A DNA stretch of 63,360 nucleotides, filler included, from Collodictyon triciliatum (lineage: Eukaryota), in the NCBI GenBank assembly GCA_043381765.1. It is 21 parts of 21 records of this genome, joined end to end, with 100 filler letters (N's around TTAATTAATTAA, not from the genome) between each part and the next. Parts side by side here need not be neighbours in the genome. Positions count along the whole stretch, not along the records: positions 49,527 to 52,518 come from JBHJMP010007955.1; positions 52,619 to 55,609 come from JBHJMP010007956.1; positions 55,710 to 58,699 come from JBHJMP010007957.1; positions 58,800 to 61,789 come from JBHJMP010007958.1; positions 61,890 to 63,360 come from JBHJMP010008081.1; 16 more parts are not named here. One strand, written 5' to 3'. How positions within the stretch are numbered: the first letter of the stretch is position 1; every line of letters starts with the position of its first letter. Below the pieces are notes generated by a model. It was not told the origin of the DNA. It searched no databases and saw only the letters and a program-made list of their open reading frames with translations. Positions 52,391 to 63,360 of the stretch are shown here, piece by piece. A program made the position numbers and the translations under genes.

Positions 52391-53679
52391 GTAAAGCGAG
52401 GTTGAATTTCTTTCTCAGCCTCTTTCAACATGCCTCTTCTCACAGGGTCTGATTAACGAAGAATGGACTAGACAAGCTGTTGAGGAAAGGCAAAAAAAAA
52501 AAAAAAACAAGACTATGANNNNNNNNNNNNNNNNNNNNNNNNNNNNNNNNNNNNNNNNNNNNTTAATTAATTAANNNNNNNNNNNNNNNNNNNNNNNNNN
52601 NNNNNNNNNNNNNNNNNNAAAACAAAAACAAAAACAAAAACAAAAACAAAAACAAAAACAAAAACAAAAACAAAAACAAAAACAAAAACAAAAACAAAAA
52701 CAAAAACAAAAACAAAAACAAAGCATTTCAGGCTTTGGCTCTCTCAGTTAGTGCAAGGACGCGGTGGCCATCGAAGAGAAACCGTGCATGAAATCGCCCT
52801 TAGAGTTGAGCTCTTTGCTTCATGATTCTTGGCGTTTTAGTTGCTGTGAGCTGATAGAGTGAAAGGTTGGTTGGTTCGACATTAAAGCAATAAGTGCCGC
52901 CTGTGTCTGGGATGTGCGGACTTCACAGTTTATAAAGTCCTCCTTGTCTTGCGTCACAACCAGGCCACATGTCATCGCTGTGGCTTGCGAGGTTGTATAT
53001 CATATATTACAATTTTACATATGAATTAATTTTTTATCATATAAGTTATAACTATAAACATACAATAAAAATAATATGTATGTATAAAATAAATTCCATA
53101 AATATAATATTAATTTTGGAAAATATAGTTCTTAATGTAAAAATATAAACAATTTTTATCTTGATTATTTTGCTATAAATAAAAACAATAATGTGTGATT
53201 TATTAATCAAAACATTATTGCATTTCGCCAGAATCTTCTCGAAGCTTACATCACTTGCCTGTGGTGGAAAACACCACTGATTCATTGGGAGACGGAACAA
53301 TCATGGGCGCAGCTTTGATCGCCAGCATGGATCGTGCTCGAGCAGAGAGGGAAACTGAGAAGAAAGACAGACTGAAGGCTGCGAGGCAAGTCGGAATGGT
53401 CATAGTAGTAGCAAAAGGAGAAACAAGAAACAAGAAAAAAAGAAAAAAAAATAATAAACTAAAGTGATGATTTTAATATCGAACCATTGGCCACTAAACA
53501 AACAAACGAACAAGAAAAAAAAAAAAGTGAGCTAATAGCGAGGAGATGAAGAAGAGCGAATATGTGGATCTTTTTTCCAAAGGCAATTGCAGCCTACTTA
53601 TCTCCCTCTGGCATATTTCTGACCAAAGACTAACACAATTTCCCTCAAATTGATAAAGGAAGGAGAATAGGAGACAACT

Positions 53680-55323
53680 ATGTTCCGCATATCCCTGCTG
53701 CTCCTTGTTGCCACATTTATCTGTGCCTCGCTGGCTGCCGAAGATGCTAGTAAGGTTATCTACATATTGGCTGCACCTATTTGACGCAGTGGCGTATATT
53801 ATTCTCGTCATACAACAAGTCGCATCGACTTGGCCTTGCAACCTACTTCAGTTTGATATGGAGCGTTACAAGACTGACAGATCGCGCGCCTGAATCGCGT
53901 TTACAGATTACGAGTTCGTCACTTGCCACAGCATCGTTAAGCTTGCACACGTCACAACCGGATTCCGCCTTCACTCCCACGACGTCTCGTAAGTCATTCG
54001 CTCTGTATGCTACGACTTTATCTCAGTTTTGTTGGAGTATCCAGCGCTTCTTCACTATCACAGCACTCCACTCGAGAAATTCTAAGGGAGGCATATTGAA
54101 ACGTGAATTCTGTGGCAAACTTTTACTCCCTTTTGTTCTGCCACAATTAGCACAAGGCATTTTGGGTCTATTTTTCTGGGCTATTCTTTATTTTACCCCT
54201 CCTTACAATTTGCACTGACATTCTAGGCTATATAAAAACAATAACACATCGGCTAAATTCATTGAATATCAGATACGGAAACTCGGGAAGTGGCCAACAA
54301 TCAGTGACTGCCTTCCCCAACAATGACGATCCCAATAGCTTATGGATCGTGAAAGCCCGTCATGGCCAGACATGCAAAAACGGGTTTGTATTCGTCATGG
54401 TAAAATGCTTCACCCTTGACCTGCCTACGATTTACGTGGCCCATTACCATCAAACCTGCAAAAATAGCCAGAAAACTCTCCTCAATTTAGTGGCTGACCT
54501 TTTTATGGCCTCATGAAAATTAACGAATTAATTAATCAACTGTTAAACAAATACCTCAATATAGGCATATTTTCCTGTGTTAGTGTTCTTTCTTGACTCT
54601 TACATTTTCACATACAGGGAGAGAATCAAAACTGGCAGTACCATCAGATTGGAGCACGTCAATACCCGTAAAAACCTTCACAGCCACCTCCATCGCTCCC
54701 CACTATCCCAAACACAAGAAGTAAGCGCATACTCTACAGGAAAGGGTGAAGGTGACCTAGGTTAGGCTCTCGCAATTCCTTCGATTTTGATTCTTCACAC
54801 TAACAGTTTTCAATATATATATCAAACGAGACAGCCTAGTGGGATGTATGAAATCTAGTCTCAAAATACTTTCGACATCTCTTATAAAAAAACTCCACAG
54901 GAGACAATTGGGTTCTTGACACCATTGACGACCTCTACTGGAGGCGAGGACAAACTATTCGGCTTCGCCATACTGAGACACGCAAGTACTTGAACTCAAG
55001 TCCTCAGTACCGGTATCAGAACCCCATCCCAGGCCAACAAGAAGTCTCTGCTATAGATAACCCAACACAGAACACAATATGGAAAACTGAGGTTTTTTTA
55101 AATTACTAATGAGCAGACTATTGTGACATTTTGTTCCAGCACGCTTTTTTTTCCAATATATTTGTTCCATTTCTCTCTTTGAATGCTTTCCAGTTAACCC
55201 AACAAAAACTGGGACTGGAATTTTACGCACACTTTTTTTAATTTTACAAACTCTTTGTTAAATTTCGATTCTCATTAGGAGGGTATATACTTCCCAGCCT
55301 TGGATGTTACATCCCACAAATAG
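53680..55323 (+). CDS. SDF2: Stromal cell-derived factor 2-like protein (three MIR domains), apparently complete
   Basis: Signal peptide MFRISLLLLVATFICASLA; VTCHSIVKL...FRLHSHDV.YG.SGSGQQSVT; IRLEHVNTRKNLHSH...SPLSQTQEVSAY; GDNW; PIPGQQEV; EGIYFP...stop TAG at 55321-55323. Confidence 0.92.
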
Positions 55324-55709
55324 GACGAGTCAATTTGACCCTAACCACTGATTTTTTTTGCTTCCCATCTATGAGAATTCCTGACCGAGACATCAAATGC
55401 ACGGAGTTTGTGCTAAGTCACAGAATAAAAATTCAGAGAAAAAAACCCGAATGTTTGCATAGTGCAATCGTGGTATATTTAATATTGTAATTTTTATGGA
55501 ATTTTTTAAAAATATCTCCAACAGAGAGCTGTGGATAGGTGCGCGCGTAGTCCATGCAGCAACGACCTCCCCAGAATGCACCATGTGCCATAGTGGAGAT
55601 GACTCTATCNNNNNNNNNNNNNNNNNNNNNNNNNNNNNNNNNNNNNNNNNNNNTTAATTAATTAANNNNNNNNNNNNNNNNNNNNNNNNNNNNNNNNNNN
55701 NNNNNNNNN

Positions 55710-58491
55710 TTCCTCCGGTGTGTACTTCAAATCTTTATGGGTTGTATTTTTCAATTCAGTTTTCCTTTTGAATCATAAAAGTAAAGAGTTTAATAAAAAA
55801 AGCTTTTGAAAAACACTCTGATACTTATATTTTTTCTAACAATATTAAAGAGGAATAATCTTGATTGCAGTTTTTTTTTTTAGGAGTTATACTGTTTTCG
55901 CGCTGGAGCTTGGCAGAGATTTCTTGTCTCAATTCAAACAACCCTTGAAGCTGAGTATATTTGATTTTCCCTGATTGTATTGCTTCCACGGCGGCATCGC
56001 TCACCTGTAATTATAGTATGCAAGATTTTTCAGAGTATGTAAGAGATATTGGAACAAATGCCACTACACAACAGGGATGCATAGTTTTTTTTAACTATTT
56101 TTTGTCTTACAGATTTTGGAGGAGGTATATCGGGTTCTCCCACACTAAGAGTCAGAACTGCCTTCCCTTGTTTCTGGAGTTCTATTGCACGTGAGGTGAC
56201 AGCAACTGTCTTTGATTCGTTCATCATAGTAACCCGAGTGTTGATTCTGTCAGGGCCGTAGAGTTGCTGTGAACTGAGAGATATTTTCAAATAATAAAAT
56301 TTTAACATAGACCAATTTATATATATTTCCATAGAAGAATGAGCATGATTGTGAATGCAAATGTGGTTTTATTACGATTGATTCGTGAATGAATACCTTG
56401 AGGAAGTTTCGAGTGACGATTCAGTATCGAAGCGCCTCTAAAGAGCAAGCATATTATATTTTAAAGACACCACTTAAATTGGTAAAAAAAAAAAACATTG
56501 AATATAATTTTTTTAGCAAACCAATTTATTTTTAAGAGAATCAAGCGCTTCTTGCAACCCATCCAGCTCTCTTTTTGCATTTGGATTATATCTTTGATAG
56601 TTAAAATGGAATTGAATAGACTTTTCTTCATCTTTATTAATCACGTAGTAAAGGTATGAAAAGGTTGCAGAGAGATATGAAATGCAAATCATATGAAAGA
56701 AAATACTTGTATAGTCCATAGTAAAGATCGAAGCTGTCTTTACAGGTATTTTCTACCAAATCCAAAAGTACGCGAAATCCTCTATCACAGTATTTAAATA
56801 TTTTGAGATTTTCTTAATTTATCCATTTATTTGAAGAAAAAGATATTATGGTACTGAAGAGATGGAGATAGAGAGGGCATTCTATTCTATTCTATTCTAC
56901 TTTGTACTGATTGGAGTTGCTTGCGGATTCAGCTCTTTTAGCATTCTACAGCATCAAATTTTTTACATAAGAACCATCATATAATTGCGGAATATATATA
57001 TGAATATCATGCGAAGAGACATTTTATTTCAATCTATTCTTAAATTTGCCTCTATATGGTTTAAAAAATCGAGTGCGTTTCTTCAACGTCAAATCACCTT
57101 CCTGTGGTGTGTGTAATAAATTGACTACTGGCAGCTTGCTTGTCGTGCTCTTCACATGTCATTTCTTGCATTCGGCAGCCCTCCTTCTCAAAGAATTCCA
57201 GAAACCGAGAGCAGATCTCTCCTGATTTCGAAATCCTCACTTTTTCATACATAAATGCAAGACCATCCCAACTACCTTTACTGGAAAAGTTTTCCGAAAT
57301 ATGTGTACTTGTCATTACTTTTGATGAATTTATGTATGTATTCACACTTTTATCAAAGTTAAAATAATAACAGAGAGACGTAGTTGATTCTTCAATCAGC
57401 AATAAAATTGTTGATATTATTATTAGTATCTAAATCACATTTTTAGCTTCTTTATATATCCCACCCGCTTTCAGGGCCAAACATTGGGTGAGTGCAAAGG
57501 ATGTCCTGCTTCACTTCGGTTTTTTCAAGCAATGTGGACTTTGGAAACACTTTAACACTCAAAACATCCACGATCAGAGTGTCCTTTATAGTTTGGGATG
57601 AGATACATTATATTAGTTGAGCGGCATTGATTGGGAAATTAACTTGTGTAGATGAAAAGAATTCAAATATTTTTTTTTGTTTATAATAAATGTGATGTAA
57701 AAGGGGGTATGAAGGGAATATATGCCTATTACTTTTAATTATATGTTCTTTAAAGGAATGAATACTTTGAACAGATCAAAAGGAAAATCGTTGATTGTTC
57801 CCAGGAACGAAGGAATGCTGACGCAAAGGATTAAAACATCTGGTTTCAAGGACGCGAGCTCCTGAGATATTGAATGTGAATGTTATGGTTTTGGACAAGT
57901 CAGCCTTACCAATCGCTCGACGAAAAATATTTATAATGTTCATATCATCAGGATGGCTTTCGCATAAAAAAGGGGGGTAGGAATGAGGATATATAGATAG
58001 AGAAAATGAAAGTTGCATGAGTACGGAGAACCTTTGGGCTGTGGCAAAATTCCGCTCCGATTAGCTTAGCTTTTTCGGTGTAGTCTGTGCGCGAAGTAGC
58101 ACAAACTGCAACCCCCCTGGATAAAAATCGGGCTGCAAGGAACTGCAAAGTTGTGGATGGTGTGAAAAAAAAATATGTAAATAAATAAGTAAATAAATAA
58201 GTAAATAAGTAAGTGATATTATATTTATCTAACTATATAGATAAATATAATATCAGTAAATAAATAAATAAATAAATAAAGAGTAAATAAAGAAATAAAG
58301 AAATAAATAAATAAATAAAGAAATAAAGAAATAAAGAAATAAATATATAAATAAGTAAATAAGTAAATAAGTAAATGTAAATAAACGAAAGTACCAAAAA
58401 GATATTGATAAAATAAAACACAAAGGAAAAGGAAGAGCTAAAAGCTGCGTACCTGTCCAAAGTTTCCGAAACCAAAGATGCCAACCTTCAT
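55710..58491 (-). CDS. Fused arogenate/prephenate dehydrogenase (plant TyrAa-type) + class Ib aspartate/prephenate aminotransferase, 3'-truncated by contig end
   Basis: Dehydrogenase exons: MKVGIFGFGNFGQFLA, VDVLSVK, DILCTHPMFGPESG, W.GL.FMYEKVRI, EGCRMQEMTCEEHDKQAASSQFITHTTGR, ENTCKDSFDLYYGLY, YNPNA. These splice in phase through RRFDTESSLETSS into INTRVTMMNESKTVAVTSRAIELQKQGKAVLTLSVGEPD...KYTQLQGLFELRQEISAKL. Confidence 0.85.
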
Positions 58492-59201
58492 GATCGTGGT
58501 GTTCTCAGCAGAAAAGATTATGTTCGGATTCAGAAGTCAAATTAAATCAAATCACAAATTTATAAACAGAACCACAATGAACAAAAAACAAAAAAACAAA
58601 AAAACAAAAAAACAAAAAACAAAAAACAAAAAACAAAAAACAAGTAACAAGAAACAAAAAACAAGAAACAAAAAAAACAAAAAAAAAACAAAAAAAAAAN
58701 NNNNNNNNNNNNNNNNNNNNNNNNNNNNNNNNNNNNNNNNNNNTTAATTAATTAANNNNNNNNNNNNNNNNNNNNNNNNNNNNNNNNNNNNNNNNNNNNA
58801 AAAGAAAGAAAAGAAAGAAAAGAAAGAAAAGAAAGAAAAGAAAGAAAAGAAAGAAAAGAAAGAAAAGAAAGAAAAGAAAGAAAAGAAAGAAAAAAAAAAA
58901 TAAAAAGAAAAGAAAGAAAAGAAAGAAAAGAAAGAAAAGAAAGAAAAGAAAGAAAAGAAAGAAAAGAAAGAAAAGAAAGAAAAGAAAGAAAAGAAAGAAA
59001 AGAAAGAAGAGAAAGAAAAGAAAGAAAAGAAAGAAAAGAAAGAAAAGAAAGAAAAAAAGAAAGAAAAAAAGAAAGAAAGAAAAGAAAGAAAAGAAAGAAA
59101 AAAAGAAAGAAAAAAAGAAAAAAGAAAGAAAAGAAAAGAAAAGAAGATAAAAAAAGGGGAGTCTGTTGAAACTCAGTTCCCAGCCTTTTCTTGCAGGGTG
59201 A

Positions 59202-61042
59202 ATGGGGCACGGGCCAAACGCCTCACGCAGCGTGCGAAGGCAGTACGCAAACAGCCAACGCAAGCAAGCAAAAAGCAGGAATAAAGCCGTGGATGTTTCT
59301 GGGCAGCCGAAAAGCCCCCACGTGAGTGAGTTCGACGCCCACGAAGACGACTACCAGGACGGTGATGCAGAAGGAGCAGAGCCTGTCTTGCAGCAGAGAA
59401 CACTGAAGCCGGAGAAGCTGGGGAGGGTCAAAGAGCGGCAGCTTCGCAGGAAAGAGCAACGCGCGTTGCAGGACGACGATGCTTTGCCCCGGAATCTGCG
59501 GGACTTGATCAAAAGCACGCAGATTCACTTGGAGAAGAAGAGAGGTATGTCTCTGTTTTTTTTATTTTTATTATTATTTATTGCTTTATTTTTATTTCAT
59601 TTATTTCGTTGGAAGCCCCTTATCTTGATTGTTGACTGCTATCATTTTATCTATTTTATTTCTATTTTATTTCAGTAATGAATTCCCTTTTGTTAAATCG
59701 TGTTTTTTTTTTTTTATGCAAAATAGAAAGCCAGAAGAAAAGAAAAGATTCAAAAGCAAACTCCGTGCAGAACAATGATTCATGTATGTCCGTCAGAAAA
59801 CGTTATTCCGATATAAATATACATATCTTTGATTTCAATATGAAGATAATACATGGAAAGGCCTAACACATGAATAACGTATTCCTCATCGCCTTATCAA
59901 AATGGATCTCTAATTCAAATAGCGGAACCTAAGGTGCCCTCTTTTTATGCACATGATGCATCACATGCAAATATCAAGAAGTCCGAGCCGACCAAAAACA
60001 AACCTGACGCAAAAGCGCAGAATGACTCGAAGAAACGGAAAGAGGAGCTCATAAAAAAGGATCAGAACGTATGCTGACATCGACTAAGCCTTTTTTTTTT
60101 AAAAAAAAAAACCATTCTGATTAGATTTAAGCTGGATACTTTTATTATTTTAATTTTTATTTCCGATCATTTTCTGAAAATAATAATCACTTAAAACATC
60201 ATCAGCCACTTTCAGGTGTTGTCAAGAGAGATGGAGAGACGATGAGACAATTTACTCGAAGAGTAAATGATATCATGCGACCCTTTATCCAACGGGCCAT
60301 AAAAGAACCAGAAGCGAAGGAAAAATTCGAAAAAAAGAGGAAGTTTGTCTTTATTAGATACATGGTAAACACATTCTCTTTGAAACGCAGAAACTGCTTT
60401 ATTGCATTATCTGCTGGTTCATTAATTGTGATTCCGTAGAGCTCAAAGCGACGCCACAGCTACGGATGCAAAGAAAGCAAAACAAGTGATAGAATAATTA
60501 AACTAATGACGATGAAATTCATTCATTCTTTTGTTTAATTGTCTATTCGTTTATTAGTTTATCTATTCAGTGTGATTTTTGTGATTTGTTTTTATATTCG
60601 TGTATATTTAGCCAATCATATCAAGAATCACTCATGTTTACGTGTTTGCTCTGTATTTAATATGATTGCATCAACGGATCAACTAGAATCCGGAACCAAG
60701 TAAACTTTCGACACCTGCAAAGTCGAAGGGAAATAGACTACAAAAGCTCGACGGCGAAGGGCAGCAACGGAAGCCGCCAAAAGGACTTCAGGACTTTTCT
60801 GACCTTCGAGACACGATTAAGTTTGGTGAGGTTGTGCATGAACCGCCCTCCATCACCAAAGAGCAGGTTATTTATCTTGAACGCAGTTCCTATCATCTAG
60901 TGTCAATATTTATCTCCCCTGAAAAGTGTGCGCTCTCGTTCTTACCTTATGCTCTATACGTTATTTGCATCGTTCAGAAACTATTTTCTAGAAAGCTGGA
61001 GACATTCCACTTCACAAAGTTACTTAATCCCGACATTGCCAA

Positions 61043-61108
<66 letters not shown>

Positions 61109-61325
61109 CCGAACGTCTTTTCTATTATTATCTTGTTTTCGTGAATGCTTGATGTCGCGAGGTAACCAACTGTGGCCATAATACCCAGTTCTAACACATT
61201 AACGAACGCAGACGAAAGCCCCGTCAGCAACACCTATGACTTTACGCGACCAAGTTATCGCTCGATACCGCGAACTGAAGCAAAAAAAGAGAGGAGAGGC
61301 CCGAGTTGAAGGAGAATACTTGTAA
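59202..61325 (+). CDS. CCDC137: CCDC137-like nucleolar basic protein, multi-exon
   Basis: DDDALPRNLRDL, KRDGETMRQFTRRV, DTIKFGEVVHEPPSI and the C-terminal LRDQVIARYRELK...TAA at 61323-61325. Confidence 0.65.
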
Positions 61326-61938
61326 AAGAACGTGATGAAAAAAAAGCGCACAGGAACCAGAATCGTGATGACACTATGATTGCGACGCGCTATCCCTTCA
61401 TCTCTTATCTGCCAAACATCCTTGCGCATTCTGATGGAACTTTTTACCACTTCTTTCTTGTCTTTTTCACTGCTCGTCTGGAAAGAATCATCCGTGCGTC
61501 CTTTTGAAGGAGAATAACATTAATGAAGCACTCTTCTCAACCCTTTTATCGCCATGCAACACTTTGTTCGTATGCAGTTATTCCTGAGTTCTATAATATT
61601 TATCTTAGTCTTGGTACTATTTTCTATTGCTCTCTTTTGTTCTAGCTCCATGGTTTTCTACTTTTCTCTTCTTTTTCTCTTCTTTTTCTCTTCTTTTTCT
61701 CTTCTTTTTCTCTTCTTTTTCTCTTCTTTTTCTCTTCTTTTTCTCTTCTTTTTCTCTTCTTTTTCTCTTCTTTTTTCTTCTTTTTTTTTNNNNNNNNNNN
61801 NNNNNNNNNNNNNNNNNNNNNNNNNNNNNNNNNTTAATTAATTAANNNNNNNNNNNNNNNNNNNNNNNNNNNNNNNNNNNNNNNNNNNNAAGATTTTTTT
61901 CAAAAAAAAAAAAAAAACATAAAAAAAAACCCAAAAAA

Positions 61939-61976
<38 letters not shown>

Positions 61977-62064
61977 AAAGAAAGGAAGGTATTCAAAGTG
62001 TCTGTATTTGAATACCCCTCATGGGCTACTAAAAAGAAAAGAAGGAAATAGAGGTAGACTCACG

Positions 62065-62317
62065 ACTTGTTCTGCGACTCCACATGAACAGTCTGAAGAC
62101 GCGTCTATTTGGCATAGGGAGCAAATGAATCGAAAGGCGCGAGTAAGAACACTGTGCGTGCTGATTCAAGAAGGCGGGAGAGAAAAGCTCTCGGTTCTTT
62201 CTGCATGAATACCTTTATGGTGTCCACAGGGTACATGGCTATGTGCTCCATAACGCCAGCAGCAGCCCCGGCGATCATGTTGGCCGAGTGAGAAAGGCTT
62301 GGATCAAACTCTTCCAT
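62065..62317 (-). CDS. Mitochondrial carrier, mitoferrin (MRS3/4, SLC25A28/37)-like, 5' part
   Basis: NMIAGAAAGVMEHIAMYPVDTIK|TRLQ contains the carrier signature PxDxxKxR and the mitoferrin-type EH motif. Confidence 0.85.
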
Positions 62318-63264
62318 CAAGGTTGTGACCTGATCGGTGGAGACTTTGTGGTTACGTCTGGGTCTTTAGAGACACTCGCCTGTTTCCTGTCCAAGTCTCA
62401 GCTATTCTCTCTTCGTTTCTTCTTTATTTCCTCTTTGTTTTTCTTTTGTTTTTCTTTTTGGTTTCTTTTTGGTTTCTTTTTGGTTTCTTTTTGGTTTCTT
62501 TTTGGTTTCTTTTTGGTTTCTTTTTGGTTTCTTTTTGGTTTCTTTTTGGTTTCTTTTTGTTTTTTGATTCCGCAAGGAGCTTTGGAGTGGTTTCTTCTTT
62601 TCTTCAGCACACACATATTCCTTCAGCGCGTGTGTCAGGATGCAAAGAGCGAAGGGAGGAGGGAGCAAATTAAAGGCACATAGGGCTATATTTCGATACG
62701 CAGACACCATTGAAAACGGATAGCTTCTTCGAGTATGTTTACTTTCTATCCAGGTTCATGAAAGTCCACCCGAATGCGAAGATGAAGGGGTGGCAGGTGT
62801 TGCAAGAGGTGGCCGGTTGAGTGGAAGGGAAAGGCGTTTGTCTACGCGGCTGTGAGGAATCTGGAATGCAGGCGTGATCCATTGGCTAATGAGGTGCAAT
62901 GTGATGTAGTGTGATGTAGTGTGATGTGATGCGATACAGTGTGATGTAGTGTGATGTGATGCGATACATCCAATGAGATGATGGAAGAAAATTAACAAAC
63001 TTTCAATGAATGCTAATCGTGCTTTACCCGCAAGAACACTGCGCACCAGACCACGAGAAGGAACCAAGTTTGAAGTCACACTTTGGGCACGATATTTTGC
63101 CCTCATTTAAGTCGACTTGAGATATCCAGGCGATGGGTTCGATGAAGTATGATGTGCAAGTTTTACCTGAGGATGACTAGAGCGTATTTTCAGTTTGTTT
63201 TTTTTATTGTTGTTTGTATAACTTCAAGAAGCAAACTAGGAGCAAAAATAAATAAATAAATATA

Positions 63265-63360
<96 letters not shown>

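Noticed and set aside
52720-53000. Minus-strand frame with one in-frame TGA followed by a possible hairpin (selenoprotein/SECIS idea)
   Set aside because: No canonical AUGA/GA quartet or apical AA was seen, there is no selenoprotein homology, and the reading frame itself is uncertain.

Overview
This is not a continuous locus. It is 21 unrelated ~3.0-kb contigs (the last one cut by the window edge) joined by 20 artificial 100-nt spacers (N-run + TTAATTAATTAA + N-run), so adjacency across spacers means nothing. Most contigs come from an AT-rich, intron-rich, microsatellite-rich microbial eukaryote using the standard code and GT-AG introns. They carry partial genes for a DUF4062 protein, ZGPAT, a TKL kinase with a degenerate cyclase domain, an FGD-like RhoGEF-PH-FYVE protein, a GPR107/108-like 7TM protein, IQ and kelch proteins, a TFIIS-like factor, a TOG/CLASP protein, a NEK kinase, SDF2, CCDC137 and mitoferrin. 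Three intron-bearing pseudogenes are present (NADP-ADH, WDR27, RPN7), plus a decayed LINE ORF1 and two dispersed repeat families. Two contigs stand out. (1) 18591-21587 is intronless and gene-dense and encodes a Polinton-like-virus/virophage-type capsid module: a 591-aa major capsid protein, a penton, a basic amphipathic protein with GG motifs and a charged protein, with TCTA promoter-like motifs and a perfect AT-rich hairpin between convergent stop codons. (2) 55710-58491 is a spliced in-frame fusion of a plant-type arogenate dehydrogenase to a class-Ib prephenate/aspartate aminotransferase, which would put the arogenate route to tyrosine in one polypeptide. A ~70% GC intronless gluconokinase sitting in AT-rich DNA is also notable. 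All family assignments come from motif recognition by eye; no database searches were run.
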